This document shows, piece after piece, positions 48,260-56,356 of a stretch of 64,000 nt of DNA. Positions within the stretch are counted from its first letter, which is position 1. Each line of letters starts with the position of its first letter. The notes beneath the pieces are model-generated. The model was not told the origin of the DNA, searched no databases, and worked only from the letters and a program-made list of their open reading frames with translations. The DNA is taken from contig OZ223209.1 in NCBI GenBank assembly GCA_965140415.1, positions 3,936,001 through 4,000,000 on the forward strand, given 5' to 3'. The stretch is from Myxococcota bacterium (GTDB lineage Bacteria > Myxococcota_A > SURF-8). The position numbers and the translations under genes are program-made.

Positions 48260-49921
48260 TCAATAATCGAAGCTCGATCCACCGATAAACTCTCGTAGAA
48301 TCGAGGTCGGCGGCACTTCGTGCGGGAACACCGGAATGAACAGATCCAGGAATTTAAACAAGCGGTAAGCCTCTACATACGCTTCGTCATGTGGCGGAAC
48401 TTCCATCAAGTATCGCTTCAGGTAAGGCTTCAACACCGCCTGCTCGTATACCAGCGCCGTATCGAACATCACATCCGCTTCTTCCTGGAAGGGGAAAATA
48501 TACTTGTTCTCTCCATCACGAACAGAGGGCCACATGTGTATCGTCTGAGAGGCCAGATAACCTCTAAACAAGCGGTCGCGTACAATGCGCCGTAACAGGC
48601 GCGCATCGGAGGTGAAAATCCGATTGCTGCCATCGATGCGCAGCTGGGTCAATGCGGACAGATAGATTTTGAATTTCTCATTATTGGAAACAAGCGATGT
48701 CAATTTGGGATTCAAACCGTGAATGCCTTCGACAATCACTACCTGGTTCTCTTCCAATTTCAGCACCTTGTACTTATCTTTTCGGCGCTCGCCGCGCACA
48801 AAATCGAAAACCGGGGTCTTGACTTCCTCTCCATCGAGCAATTGGCGCAGGTGGTGATTGAACAAGTCGAAATCCAGTGCTTCCAGACATTCGAAGTTAT
48901 AGGATCCATCCTCGTTCAAAGGAGTTTCGGAGCGATTGACATAGTAGTTGTCCATGGAAATCATCACCGGGCGTATACCGTTTACCTGCAACTGAATCGC
49001 CAGACGCTTGGTCGACGTGGTCTTGCCTGAAGACGAAGGTCCGGCGATGAGCACCAACCGCACCTTATCGCGTTTCTCCGAGATCTCATCGGCAATACGA
49101 ACGATCTTCTTTTCCTGCAACCCTTCACTTACTTTAATGATTTCCGAAATCGAGCCGTCGATACATGCCTGGTTCAACTGGCCGACATTGAGCACTCCCA
49201 TCATTTCATTCCACTTCTTGGTTTCCCGATACTGGCTGAACAGCTTGGGCTGAGGTGGCAACTCAACATGCACCTCGCCCTTTCGATTGGGAAAACTCAA
49301 GACGAAACCGGGTAGTTTAGGCAATAGCGAATAAAGCTTGCAACTACCGGTGCTGGGAGCCATGGGACCATAACAAAGAAACCGGAAGTCGCCCATCACG
49401 ACCCAGGGTATTTCAGGGATATTTCGCTGGCGGATCAATAGCACTTTTTCAGGATAATTGTTTGCGGAGAAAAACTCCTCCGCTTCCTCGCAGGTTACCA
49501 GCGATACGCGAATCGGCCAGTCGGCTGCAACGATTTCCTGCATCCGGTTTTCTACAGCAGCCAGCATCTCGACCGTCAGGGGACCGTCATGGGTATTGGC
49601 ATCGAAATAATATCCATCTGCCAATGACTGACCGATCTCCAGGCGAACTTTCGGATACAGATCGTAGAAAGCCTTATACAAGAGCATCTGAACGGTGCGC
49701 CGATATATATTGGCGCCTTCCTTGCTGCTGTAATCGACGGTGTTTACCGTGCAGTTGGACACCAGCGGTCGATGCAAACTCATCATGCGATTATTGATGA
49801 TACAACCGATCGGATCAAGCTCTCCTGGATGAGGATAGCTCTCCAACAATTTGGCTGCGCTGGTACCGGTTTTGGTTTTTACTTCCTGACCGTTCAGTTG
49901 CACAACAATCCGCTTGCTCAT
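48260..49921 (-). CDS. Nucleoside (uridine) kinase-family protein with ThrRS-like N-terminal domains
   Basis: GANIYRR, IAGPSSSGKTT, DNYY, EGIHGLNP, RLLRRIVRD, SILREFIGGS. Confidence 0.88.
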   Translation of the reverse strand: MSKRIVVQLNGQEVKTKTGTSAAKLLESYPHPGELDPIGCIINNRMMSLHRPLVSNCTVNTVDYSSKEGANIYRRTVQMLLYKAFYDLYPKVRLEIGQSLADGYYFDANTHDGPLTVEMLAAVENRMQEIVAADWPIRVSLVTCEEAEEFFSANNYPEKVLLIRQRNIPEIPWVVMGDFRFLCYGPMAPSTGSCKLYSLLPKLPGFVLSFPNRKGEVHVELPPQPKLFSQYRETKKWNEMMGVLNVGQLNQACIDGSISEIIKVSEGLQEKKIVRIADEISEKRDKVRLVLIAGPSSSGKTTSTKRLAIQLQVNGIRPVMISMDNYYVNRSETPLNEDGSYNFECLEALDFDLFNHHLRQLLDGEEVKTPVFDFVRGERRKDKYKVLKLEENQVVIVEGIHGLNPKLTSLVSNNEKFKIYLSALTQLRIDGSNRIFTSDARLLRRIVRDRLFRGYLASQTIHMWPSVRDGENKYIFPFQEEADVMFDTALVYEQAVLKPYLKRYLMEVPPHDEAYVEAYRLFKFLDLFIPVFPHEVPPTSILREFIGGSSFDY

Positions 49922-49978
49922 TGTAACTCCTTGAGGAATTCCCGTTCACCCATCGTTTAAGCAACATCCACCATTTCG

Positions 49979-51616
49979 TTAGGAACCGAATTGACTGGCT
50001 GCCAGCCATTTGGGAGAGGTAATGGGAATCAGGAAATAGAATTTCGATCCGATATTCAACTTGCTTTCCACCCAGACCCGGCCACCATGCAATTCGACAA
50101 ACTTCTTGACGATGGCCAGCCCCAACCCCGCGCCTTCATACTTTTTTGTCATCGAACCATCGGCCTGCTGGAATTCTCCGAAAATCCGTTCCTGGTTTTC
50201 CAATGAAATACCGATCCCGGTATCGGAGACGCAGAACTTGGCAAAATCGCCTTCTTTTGTAACACGAACGCTGATCTCGCCATTGTCGCCCGTAAATTTC
50301 AAGGCATTGGAAACAAGATTGAACACAACCTGCTTGATCTTTCTCTCATCGGCAGTAACAGTCGTGATCTTTTCATCGACATCCACCGTTAAAGCGATAT
50401 TGTGTTTTGTGGTTTTTTCCTTCATCAAATTCAATGACAAGCGTATCAGATCCAGAACAGAAAATTCGCTTAACTCCAACTCCATCTTTCCCGCTTCAAT
50501 TTTGGACAGATCGAGGATATCGTTGATCAGCGACAACAGATGACGACCCGATTCCAGAATATCCTGGGAATACTCCTTCTGTTTGTCGTTTAAGGGACCA
50601 AACAACTCATCGCGCAGCACTTCGGAAAAACCGATGACAGCGTTTAGCGGCGTACGTAATTCGTGGCTCATATTCGCCAGGAACTCGGATTTATGCCGAT
50701 TGGCATCCAATGCGCGCCGGGTTTGAAACTCGAGCTCTTCCTTGATCTCAGTCAACTCAAGATTCTTGCGCGCCATTTGTTGCGCCAGGTTCTTTAACTC
50801 GGTGATATCCTGCAAGAATACATAAGCAGAATCAGAACCACGATACGAACTGACGCTACCAAGCATAATCCTTCCGCCGATGCGGAACTCGCGATTCTTC
50901 GAAACGATATCCTCTCCAACCGAGCGGCAGATATGTGAAAAACTCTTGCCGCCATCCTGGAACAGTTCCTTGATGTTGTTGATCCTTCCAAGACGATTTA
51001 CTTTAAGAAAATCCAGCATCGCCTGGTTGAGGTAGGTTAAATCACCTCGATTGTTGCAGCAAAATAGCGGATTGGGAGCCTCGCGAGGAAATTTGGAGAG
51101 TCTCACCATTTCCTGCTCGCTACTGAGCAAGTGGTGAACGTCTTCGGCATGAAGAATCAGCGCCCCCAAATACCGGCTAAGATGTCCGGCGGCAAAGGAC
51201 CATTGTTCTTCATTGTCCCACTCGTTTTCCGAAATGAGCGTTACGATTCCATAAGGACGGTTTCGATCGAACAGGGGAATCAATATTCCGAAAAGCTGCT
51301 TAACCGCTCCACCAGAATTTACCTCCCGCGAGCAGAAACGGCACTCCTTTTTGGCCAGAACTTGCTGAAATTCCAGCTCCGGATCATGCAGATCTTTTTG
51401 GGAAAGGAACCCCTGAGCAAGTTCTCCAATAGACGCTACCAGTTGAATACGCTGTGCCTTCTGAATGTAGATGGTTCCCTGCTGCAAATCAAGACGCTCG
51501 ATAATCGTGGCAAGAATCCGCGCAAAACTTTTCGAATTCTCGACGATTTGCAGTTGCTCGACCAAAGCAAGCTGCAATTCAATCAACAGGTTCAGGTCTG
51601 GTGCCTTTGTACTCAT
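49979..51616 (-). CDS. Cytoplasmic sensor histidine kinase (GAF-like, PAS-like, HisKA, HATPase)
   Basis: FLANMSHELRTPLN, NLVSNALKFT, DTGIGI, GAGLGL. Confidence 0.92.
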   Translation of the reverse strand: MSTKAPDLNLLIELQLALVEQLQIVENSKSFARILATIIERLDLQQGTIYIQKAQRIQLVASIGELAQGFLSQKDLHDPELEFQQVLAKKECRFCSREVNSGGAVKQLFGILIPLFDRNRPYGIVTLISENEWDNEEQWSFAAGHLSRYLGALILHAEDVHHLLSSEQEMVRLSKFPREAPNPLFCCNNRGDLTYLNQAMLDFLKVNRLGRINNIKELFQDGGKSFSHICRSVGEDIVSKNREFRIGGRIMLGSVSSYRGSDSAYVFLQDITELKNLAQQMARKNLELTEIKEELEFQTRRALDANRHKSEFLANMSHELRTPLNAVIGFSEVLRDELFGPLNDKQKEYSQDILESGRHLLSLINDILDLSKIEAGKMELELSEFSVLDLIRLSLNLMKEKTTKHNIALTVDVDEKITTVTADERKIKQVVFNLVSNALKFTGDNGEISVRVTKEGDFAKFCVSDTGIGISLENQERIFGEFQQADGSMTKKYEGAGLGLAIVKKFVELHGGRVWVESKLNIGSKFYFLIPITSPKWLAASQFGS

Positions 51617-51654
51617 TACACAAATCCATCAGCTTGCTGTCAGCCTGCCTGGTT

Positions 51655-52032
51655 TTACGGCAGAAATTTTTCTACTTCGTTTGCAAACTCGCGGGTATCG
51701 ATTGGTTTAGGAATGTAGCCATTAAATCCATTTTGAAGGAAACGTTCTTCGTCCCCTTTCATGGCAAATGCTGTAAGCGCAATAATCGGGATCTTTTTGG
51801 TTTCACTTTTTTCGCGCAACAAACGAGCTGCTTCCAGCCCGTTCAAAATCGGCAGTTGGATATCCATAATCACTAGATCAGGGCGATGCAAACGGGCAAT
51901 ATTAATTCCCTCTTCTCCATCCGTGGCGACCAGAATAGTATGCCCCTTCAGTTCGAGCAGATCTCTACAAAGCTTCAAGTTTTTCGGATTATCCTCTACG
52001 ATCAGAATCGTGCTAGGCAGTTTCCGCAACAT
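51655..52032 (-). CDS. Single-domain response regulator (DivK-like)
   Basis: ILIVEDNPKN, MDIQLP, IPIIALTAFAMKGDEE, GYIPKPI. Confidence 0.92.
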   Translation of the reverse strand: MLRKLPSTILIVEDNPKNLKLCRDLLELKGHTILVATDGEEGINIARLHRPDLVIMDIQLPILNGLEAARLLREKSETKKIPIIALTAFAMKGDEERFLQNGFNGYIPKPIDTREFANEVEKFLP

Positions 52033-52261
52033 CTCCTCCTTCACTGCGTAACATGAGCAGCAATTTTGCTATTTTACCATCTTGCCATGGCACTTCAAAA
52101 GAAAATCTGGCGATTAGAGCGGAATTCAGTTGAAATTGGCATCAATCCAGCGGAATCAGGAAAATAGGCAGCAAAGCCGACTTTACCCACTCAACTTCCA
52201 AAATCTGATGTATCACTGCAATGACATGGCAAAGTATGCAGTGTACATCAATATTCAAACA

Positions 52262-52765
52262 TCAATGATCCGCTCCGGTAACCTCTTCGTGAGGAAGTCG
52301 AAGCTTAAAATCTTCATTGTGCATGAAACACATGGCAACTTTGCCATCTTTTACTTCGCAGGTTCCGAAACGAAACGTAACATCTATGGTTGGTGTACCT
52401 TTAAAATCCGTCGAGAATTCATAAGGTAACTCAAACTCCAAGCCGTTCTCAACGGCTTTCTTGGCATCCGCTTTTCTCAATGTTGTTTTGGGCAGCAGAA
52501 TTCCTGGCTGCACTTTGACAACAAGCTTTACTGGAAACTCAAGATTGATCTTTCGCCCTGTTTTAGGCTTAACACTGATCGCCACTTTCCCCTTGTTTTT
52601 TTGTGGTGATGGCATGTCAATATGCAACTGATAATTCGGGTTATTTCGCACAGACGCAGTATCTTTACTGGTTTCAGTTGTATCTGCCCAAACAAAGGAC
52701 ATCGATAAAACCAAAAGAAGCACGGACAAACTTGCAGTAGAAACAATTGATTTTACAAACAGCAT
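52262..52765 (-). CDS. Secreted protein resembling the DsbD N-terminal Ig-like domain
   Basis: Signal peptide VWA-D. KINLEFP and FGTC-x9-C in a terminal beta hairpin. Confidence 0.5.
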   Translation of the reverse strand: MLFVKSIVSTASLSVLLLVLSMSFVWADTTETSKDTASVRNNPNYQLHIDMPSPQKNKGKVAISVKPKTGRKINLEFPVKLVVKVQPGILLPKTTLRKADAKKAVENGLEFELPYEFSTDFKGTPTIDVTFRFGTCEVKDGKVAMCFMHNEDFKLRLPHEEVTGADH

Positions 52766-52814
52766 GACAACTCTCGTTTATTTGTTTTGCATGATGGTTT
52801 TGGAAACTTGGGAT

Positions 52815-53249
52815 TTACTGAATCGGGATTGTACGAGCTTTGCGCTTGGGCAAACGAATTTCTAAGAGTCCGTTATTTAAAGAAGTTGCGACTCCTTCTT
52901 CTTCGATTTCGCCGGACAAGCGAAAAGAACGTTCGAAATGCCCATAGTAGCGCTCGGCCTGGTGATAGGTTGCAGTGCTTTCCACACTTTCCGGTCTTCG
53001 TTCCCCGAAAACAGTCAATTCAGCTCCTTTGAGAACGATATGAATTTCCTTCTTTTTCAGACCGGGCAATTCACCATAAACCAAGTAGGCTTCATCGGTT
53101 TCAACGATATCAAAAGCGGGATCCCAGTTGATGTCGGTTCGAACTTCGCCAAAAGTTTCCATCTGGGTCAACCCATGCTTGACAAGTTCGTTCATCCTAC
53201 GCCGAATGTCCATCAACGTTTTATAAGGGTCGTAATTGTTTCGGCCCAT
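52815..53249 (-). CDS. Hsp20/alpha-crystallin small heat-shock protein
   Basis: PAFDIVET, ELPG, GER, ERYYGHFERSF, NGLLEIRLPK. Confidence 0.93.
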   Translation of the reverse strand: MGRNNYDPYKTLMDIRRRMNELVKHGLTQMETFGEVRTDINWDPAFDIVETDEAYLVYGELPGLKKKEIHIVLKGAELTVFGERRPESVESTATYHQAERYYGHFERSFRLSGEIEEEGVATSLNNGLLEIRLPKRKARTIPIQ

Positions 53250-53307
53250 TTTTAGAACCCCTTCCTCATCTCCGTTTGTCACACGTTCATAGCTTGCTTT
53301 CGCAATA

Positions 53308-53337
53308 AGCATAGGACCATACATCACCTGGTGTCAA
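53308..53337 (-). promoter_or_regulatory. Putative promoter for Hsp20
   Basis: Minus strand TTGACA-18 nt-TATGCT. Confidence 0.45.
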
Positions 53338-53340
53338 GAG

Positions 53341-53850
53341 CTATTCACTTGATTTTCCCAGGGATTGCAGCATCCTTTCACTGATCCGTTTGCGAACTCG
53401 CAACTGGTAACGGTAGGCTCGTTCGATAATCGTCTTCAATTCCGGATCGGAAGCATGATCGGTAATGTTTTTAATGCGCTGTTCATCCAGGTAGTCAGTC
53501 AAAGGGAGCTCTTCCCGCTCCGCCTGCGCTTCGAACTCGGCTAAAGGAATCACCTTCATTTTGATGGAACGGATGTTTTTCTCCGGCAGCTTCTGTCGTA
53601 ATCGATCCAATATCGCAGGAATGTGAAACTGCAATTCATTCATCCAGGCAGAGGATTCTACCGCCAGCACCAGCACATCTTTACGGACGCGAAGCGGCAC
53701 AGTGTGTTTGGCAACCATATCTCCAACGGTTTCAGTCCAAACGGAGCGCACCATGAAGCTATTCAGCCGCCCGCGAAAGCGCAGATAGCCAGCCATGCGC
53801 TGCAAGACTTTCGAAGCTGTTTCCACATTGTGATAACGCACACTCACCAC
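53341..53850 (-). CDS. DUF721/DciA family protein
   Basis: W..TVG..VAKHT.P......LVLAVESSAWMNELQF....IL..L. Confidence 0.85.
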   Translation of the reverse strand: MVSVRYHNVETASKVLQRMAGYLRFRGRLNSFMVRSVWTETVGDMVAKHTVPLRVRKDVLVLAVESSAWMNELQFHIPAILDRLRQKLPEKNIRSIKMKVIPLAEFEAQAEREELPLTDYLDEQRIKNITDHASDPELKTIIERAYRYQLRVRKRISERMLQSLGKSSE

Positions 53851-54006
53851 GACACCTCACACTGCTTTCCACCTGATAATAAGACCTGCAAAGGGAATGG
53901 TTTTATTTCTCAATTCCGAAAAAAACTCCGCTTTTAATTTCGATGATTAAAACACCCGAACTTAAAAAACGTACAACGATGAGAAAACCTTAAACTGGGA
54001 TAACAA

Positions 54007-56160
54007 TCACTCGCTTTCATCCTCTTCATTTGAACCGGATTCGGCAATGGGGAAATACACGAAGAAAGTCGAGCCTTCATCGACTTTGCTTTCGACTTTG
54101 ATATCCCCGCCATATTGATTGATGATGCGATAAGCCACATTCAAACCGATACCGGTTCCTCTTCCACTGGGCTTGGTGGTAAACAATGGAGCGAATATCT
54201 TGTCCAGATTCTCTTCTGTAATACCACAGCCGGTATCTTCGACCTCGGCAACTACCATGAGATCGTCGTAAGTCCGTAAACGTAACAATAACGAGCCCTT
54301 GCCTTCCATGGCATCAATCGCATTGACGATCAGATTGATGAAAATCTGCTGGCATTGTCCCTTGTTTCCACGAACCGCGGGCACCGGCTGGAAATCGCGC
54401 TTGACGATAATATCCCCGAAACTGCGAGTGTGATAGGCTAACTCCAGGGATTCCTTGATCACTTCGACCAGATCCACCGAGCCAACCTGATCGTTTTTGA
54501 CGGTTCGGGCGTAATTGGACAGTTCACGCACGATCTCCGCCATACGGTTAATGTACTCGATCATATCGCGTGTGGAAGATTTTACCTTGAGTTGGTTGTT
54601 AATATTCTTCAGGATATATTGCGACTTTAACAGAAGCGCCTGCAAAGGATTGTTGATTTCATGGGCGACACCAGCCGCCAGGATACCGATACCAGCCAAC
54701 TTTTCAGATTGAACCAGCTGAAACTGCATGGAACGCATTTCACTGAGCGAACTTTCAAGTTCATTCGTACGCTCCTGAACCCGCTTTTCCAGATTGCCGA
54801 CATAGCGCCTTAGTTTGCGCTCCATCTTTTTGTAAGCAGTAATATCATGCAACACACCGATGATGTGCGGATCATCATGGAAAGAAGCCAATTGGGCTTT
54901 ACATTCCACGACTGATTTCGAACCATCTTTGCGCTTCATCATAAATTCTACCGGAGGAGAACCTTTTCCCGACCGAATTTGATTCCACCATTGCAACACC
55001 GCACGATCATCGCGAGTAACAATCAAGTCCAAAAAGTTCTTTCCAATCAATTCGTTCCTATGAAATCCCGTAATCCTGGCAAAAGCGCGATTGATAAAAA
55101 TCAGCTTTCCGTTCTGAGTGATGAAATAACCTTCATTGATTTCCTCGATCAACTGCCTGTACCGTTGCTCAGTCTCATCCAAATCTTTGCTACGCTCTTC
55201 AATGATCTGCTGCAAATCGTTGGTATAGCGCCACAGTTGCTCCTGCAAATCCCGCTTTTCTGAAATGTCCAAGCCCATTCCCAGGATTCCAACGATTTTT
55301 CCCGATTCGTATTGAATCGGAAGCATCGAAAACGCAACCAGGACTTTACGACCATCCATGGCTTTAAATGGAACTTCCGCTTCCCAACGTCGATTGATCA
55401 GTTGTGGTGCTTCGTTAGGATCAAACAGAATGGGCTGCTCCGCTTCGTGATCTCCCAATTCGGCCAGCTTTCGCCCAATCAACTCGTTTATAGGGTAACC
55501 CAGCGCTCTCCTGACCGATTCGGAGCAACTCCGAATCGCGAAATCCCGATCCAATACAAAAATCAAGAAATCACCATCATATGCAAGCACCGTCCGAATG
55601 AAGCTCTGTAACCGATCCAGTTGCTTCAGAGATTCTTCCGCCGCAGCCTGGCGAATGGCCAGTTCGGATGGAGGGGGTGGCTGCATATTGGTTTCTGCTA
55701 CCGCTTGAGATGTATTGGCCGATAGTTCCACCTCGGTGTCAGACCATTCGGAATCGAAACTAGGAGCGCCTCCACCGAATAACAAACTGGCTTTGTTAAA
55801 TGCCGCCGATAACCAACTGTCATACAAGGGGAATTGGAAATCGAAAAATTGTTTAAATTCATCAGGCTGGAGTTGATCGACAAACTTGTACTTCAACAAC
55901 GTGAGCGCCTGAAAATATGGCAGATATCCTCCAGGATCGTATGGTTCAGACGCCAGACATGGAGGAAGCTGATGCAACATGCGGGCAAGCAAATCCAATT
56001 CGTGACGTATTAGAGATTCCTTTAATGAAATCAACAACAGACGAGCATTCTTGCGCGTCATTCGACTTGAGGATTCCGAAGTACGTTCGAAAAAGCGCTG
56101 CAAATGCACGGTCAGTGCATCCAGATCGCGTTCGATAATTTCCTCTATCTTCACAGGCAT
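54007..56160 (-). CDS. PAS-PAS sensor histidine kinase (NtrB-like)
   Basis: Two PAS domains ending DISE and [49 protein letters not shown]. Confidence 0.92.
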   Translation of the reverse strand: MPVKIEEIIERDLDALTVHLQRFFERTSESSSRMTRKNARLLLISLKESLIRHELDLLARMLHQLPPCLASEPYDPGGYLPYFQALTLLKYKFVDQLQPDEFKQFFDFQFPLYDSWLSAAFNKASLLFGGGAPSFDSEWSDTEVELSANTSQAVAETNMQPPPPSELAIRQAAAEESLKQLDRLQSFIRTVLAYDGDFLIFVLDRDFAIRSCSESVRRALGYPINELIGRKLAELGDHEAEQPILFDPNEAPQLINRRWEAEVPFKAMDGRKVLVAFSMLPIQYESGKIVGILGMGLDISEKRDLQEQLWRYTNDLQQIIEERSKDLDETEQRYRQLIEEINEGYFITQNGKLIFINRAFARITGFHRNELIGKNFLDLIVTRDDRAVLQWWNQIRSGKGSPPVEFMMKRKDGSKSVVECKAQLASFHDDPHIIGVLHDITAYKKMERKLRRYVGNLEKRVQERTNELESSLSEMRSMQFQLVQSEKLAGIGILAAGVAHEINNPLQALLLKSQYILKNINNQLKVKSSTRDMIEYINRMAEIVRELSNYARTVKNDQVGSVDLVEVIKESLELAYHTRSFGDIIVKRDFQPVPAVRGNKGQCQQIFINLIVNAIDAMEGKGSLLLRLRTYDDLMVVAEVEDTGCGITEENLDKIFAPLFTTKPSGRGTGIGLNVAYRIINQYGGDIKVESKVDEGSTFFVYFPIAESGSNEEDESE

Positions 56161-56356
56161 AGGAAAAGTAAGCTAAATCCGTTAGTTAGATGTATAAGCA
56201 AAACCAATCGTCGTTGGATTATACATTAAAGTCGAGCTTTGTGAAGTATCAAAAAGAATTACGAAAAACTCCCCCATCGATGAATTCAAGAAGCGAATGC
56301 GTACTTGACCCCATCAATGGAGGAGTTGAACGTTCTGGTAATGAAAGAAAGATCGC

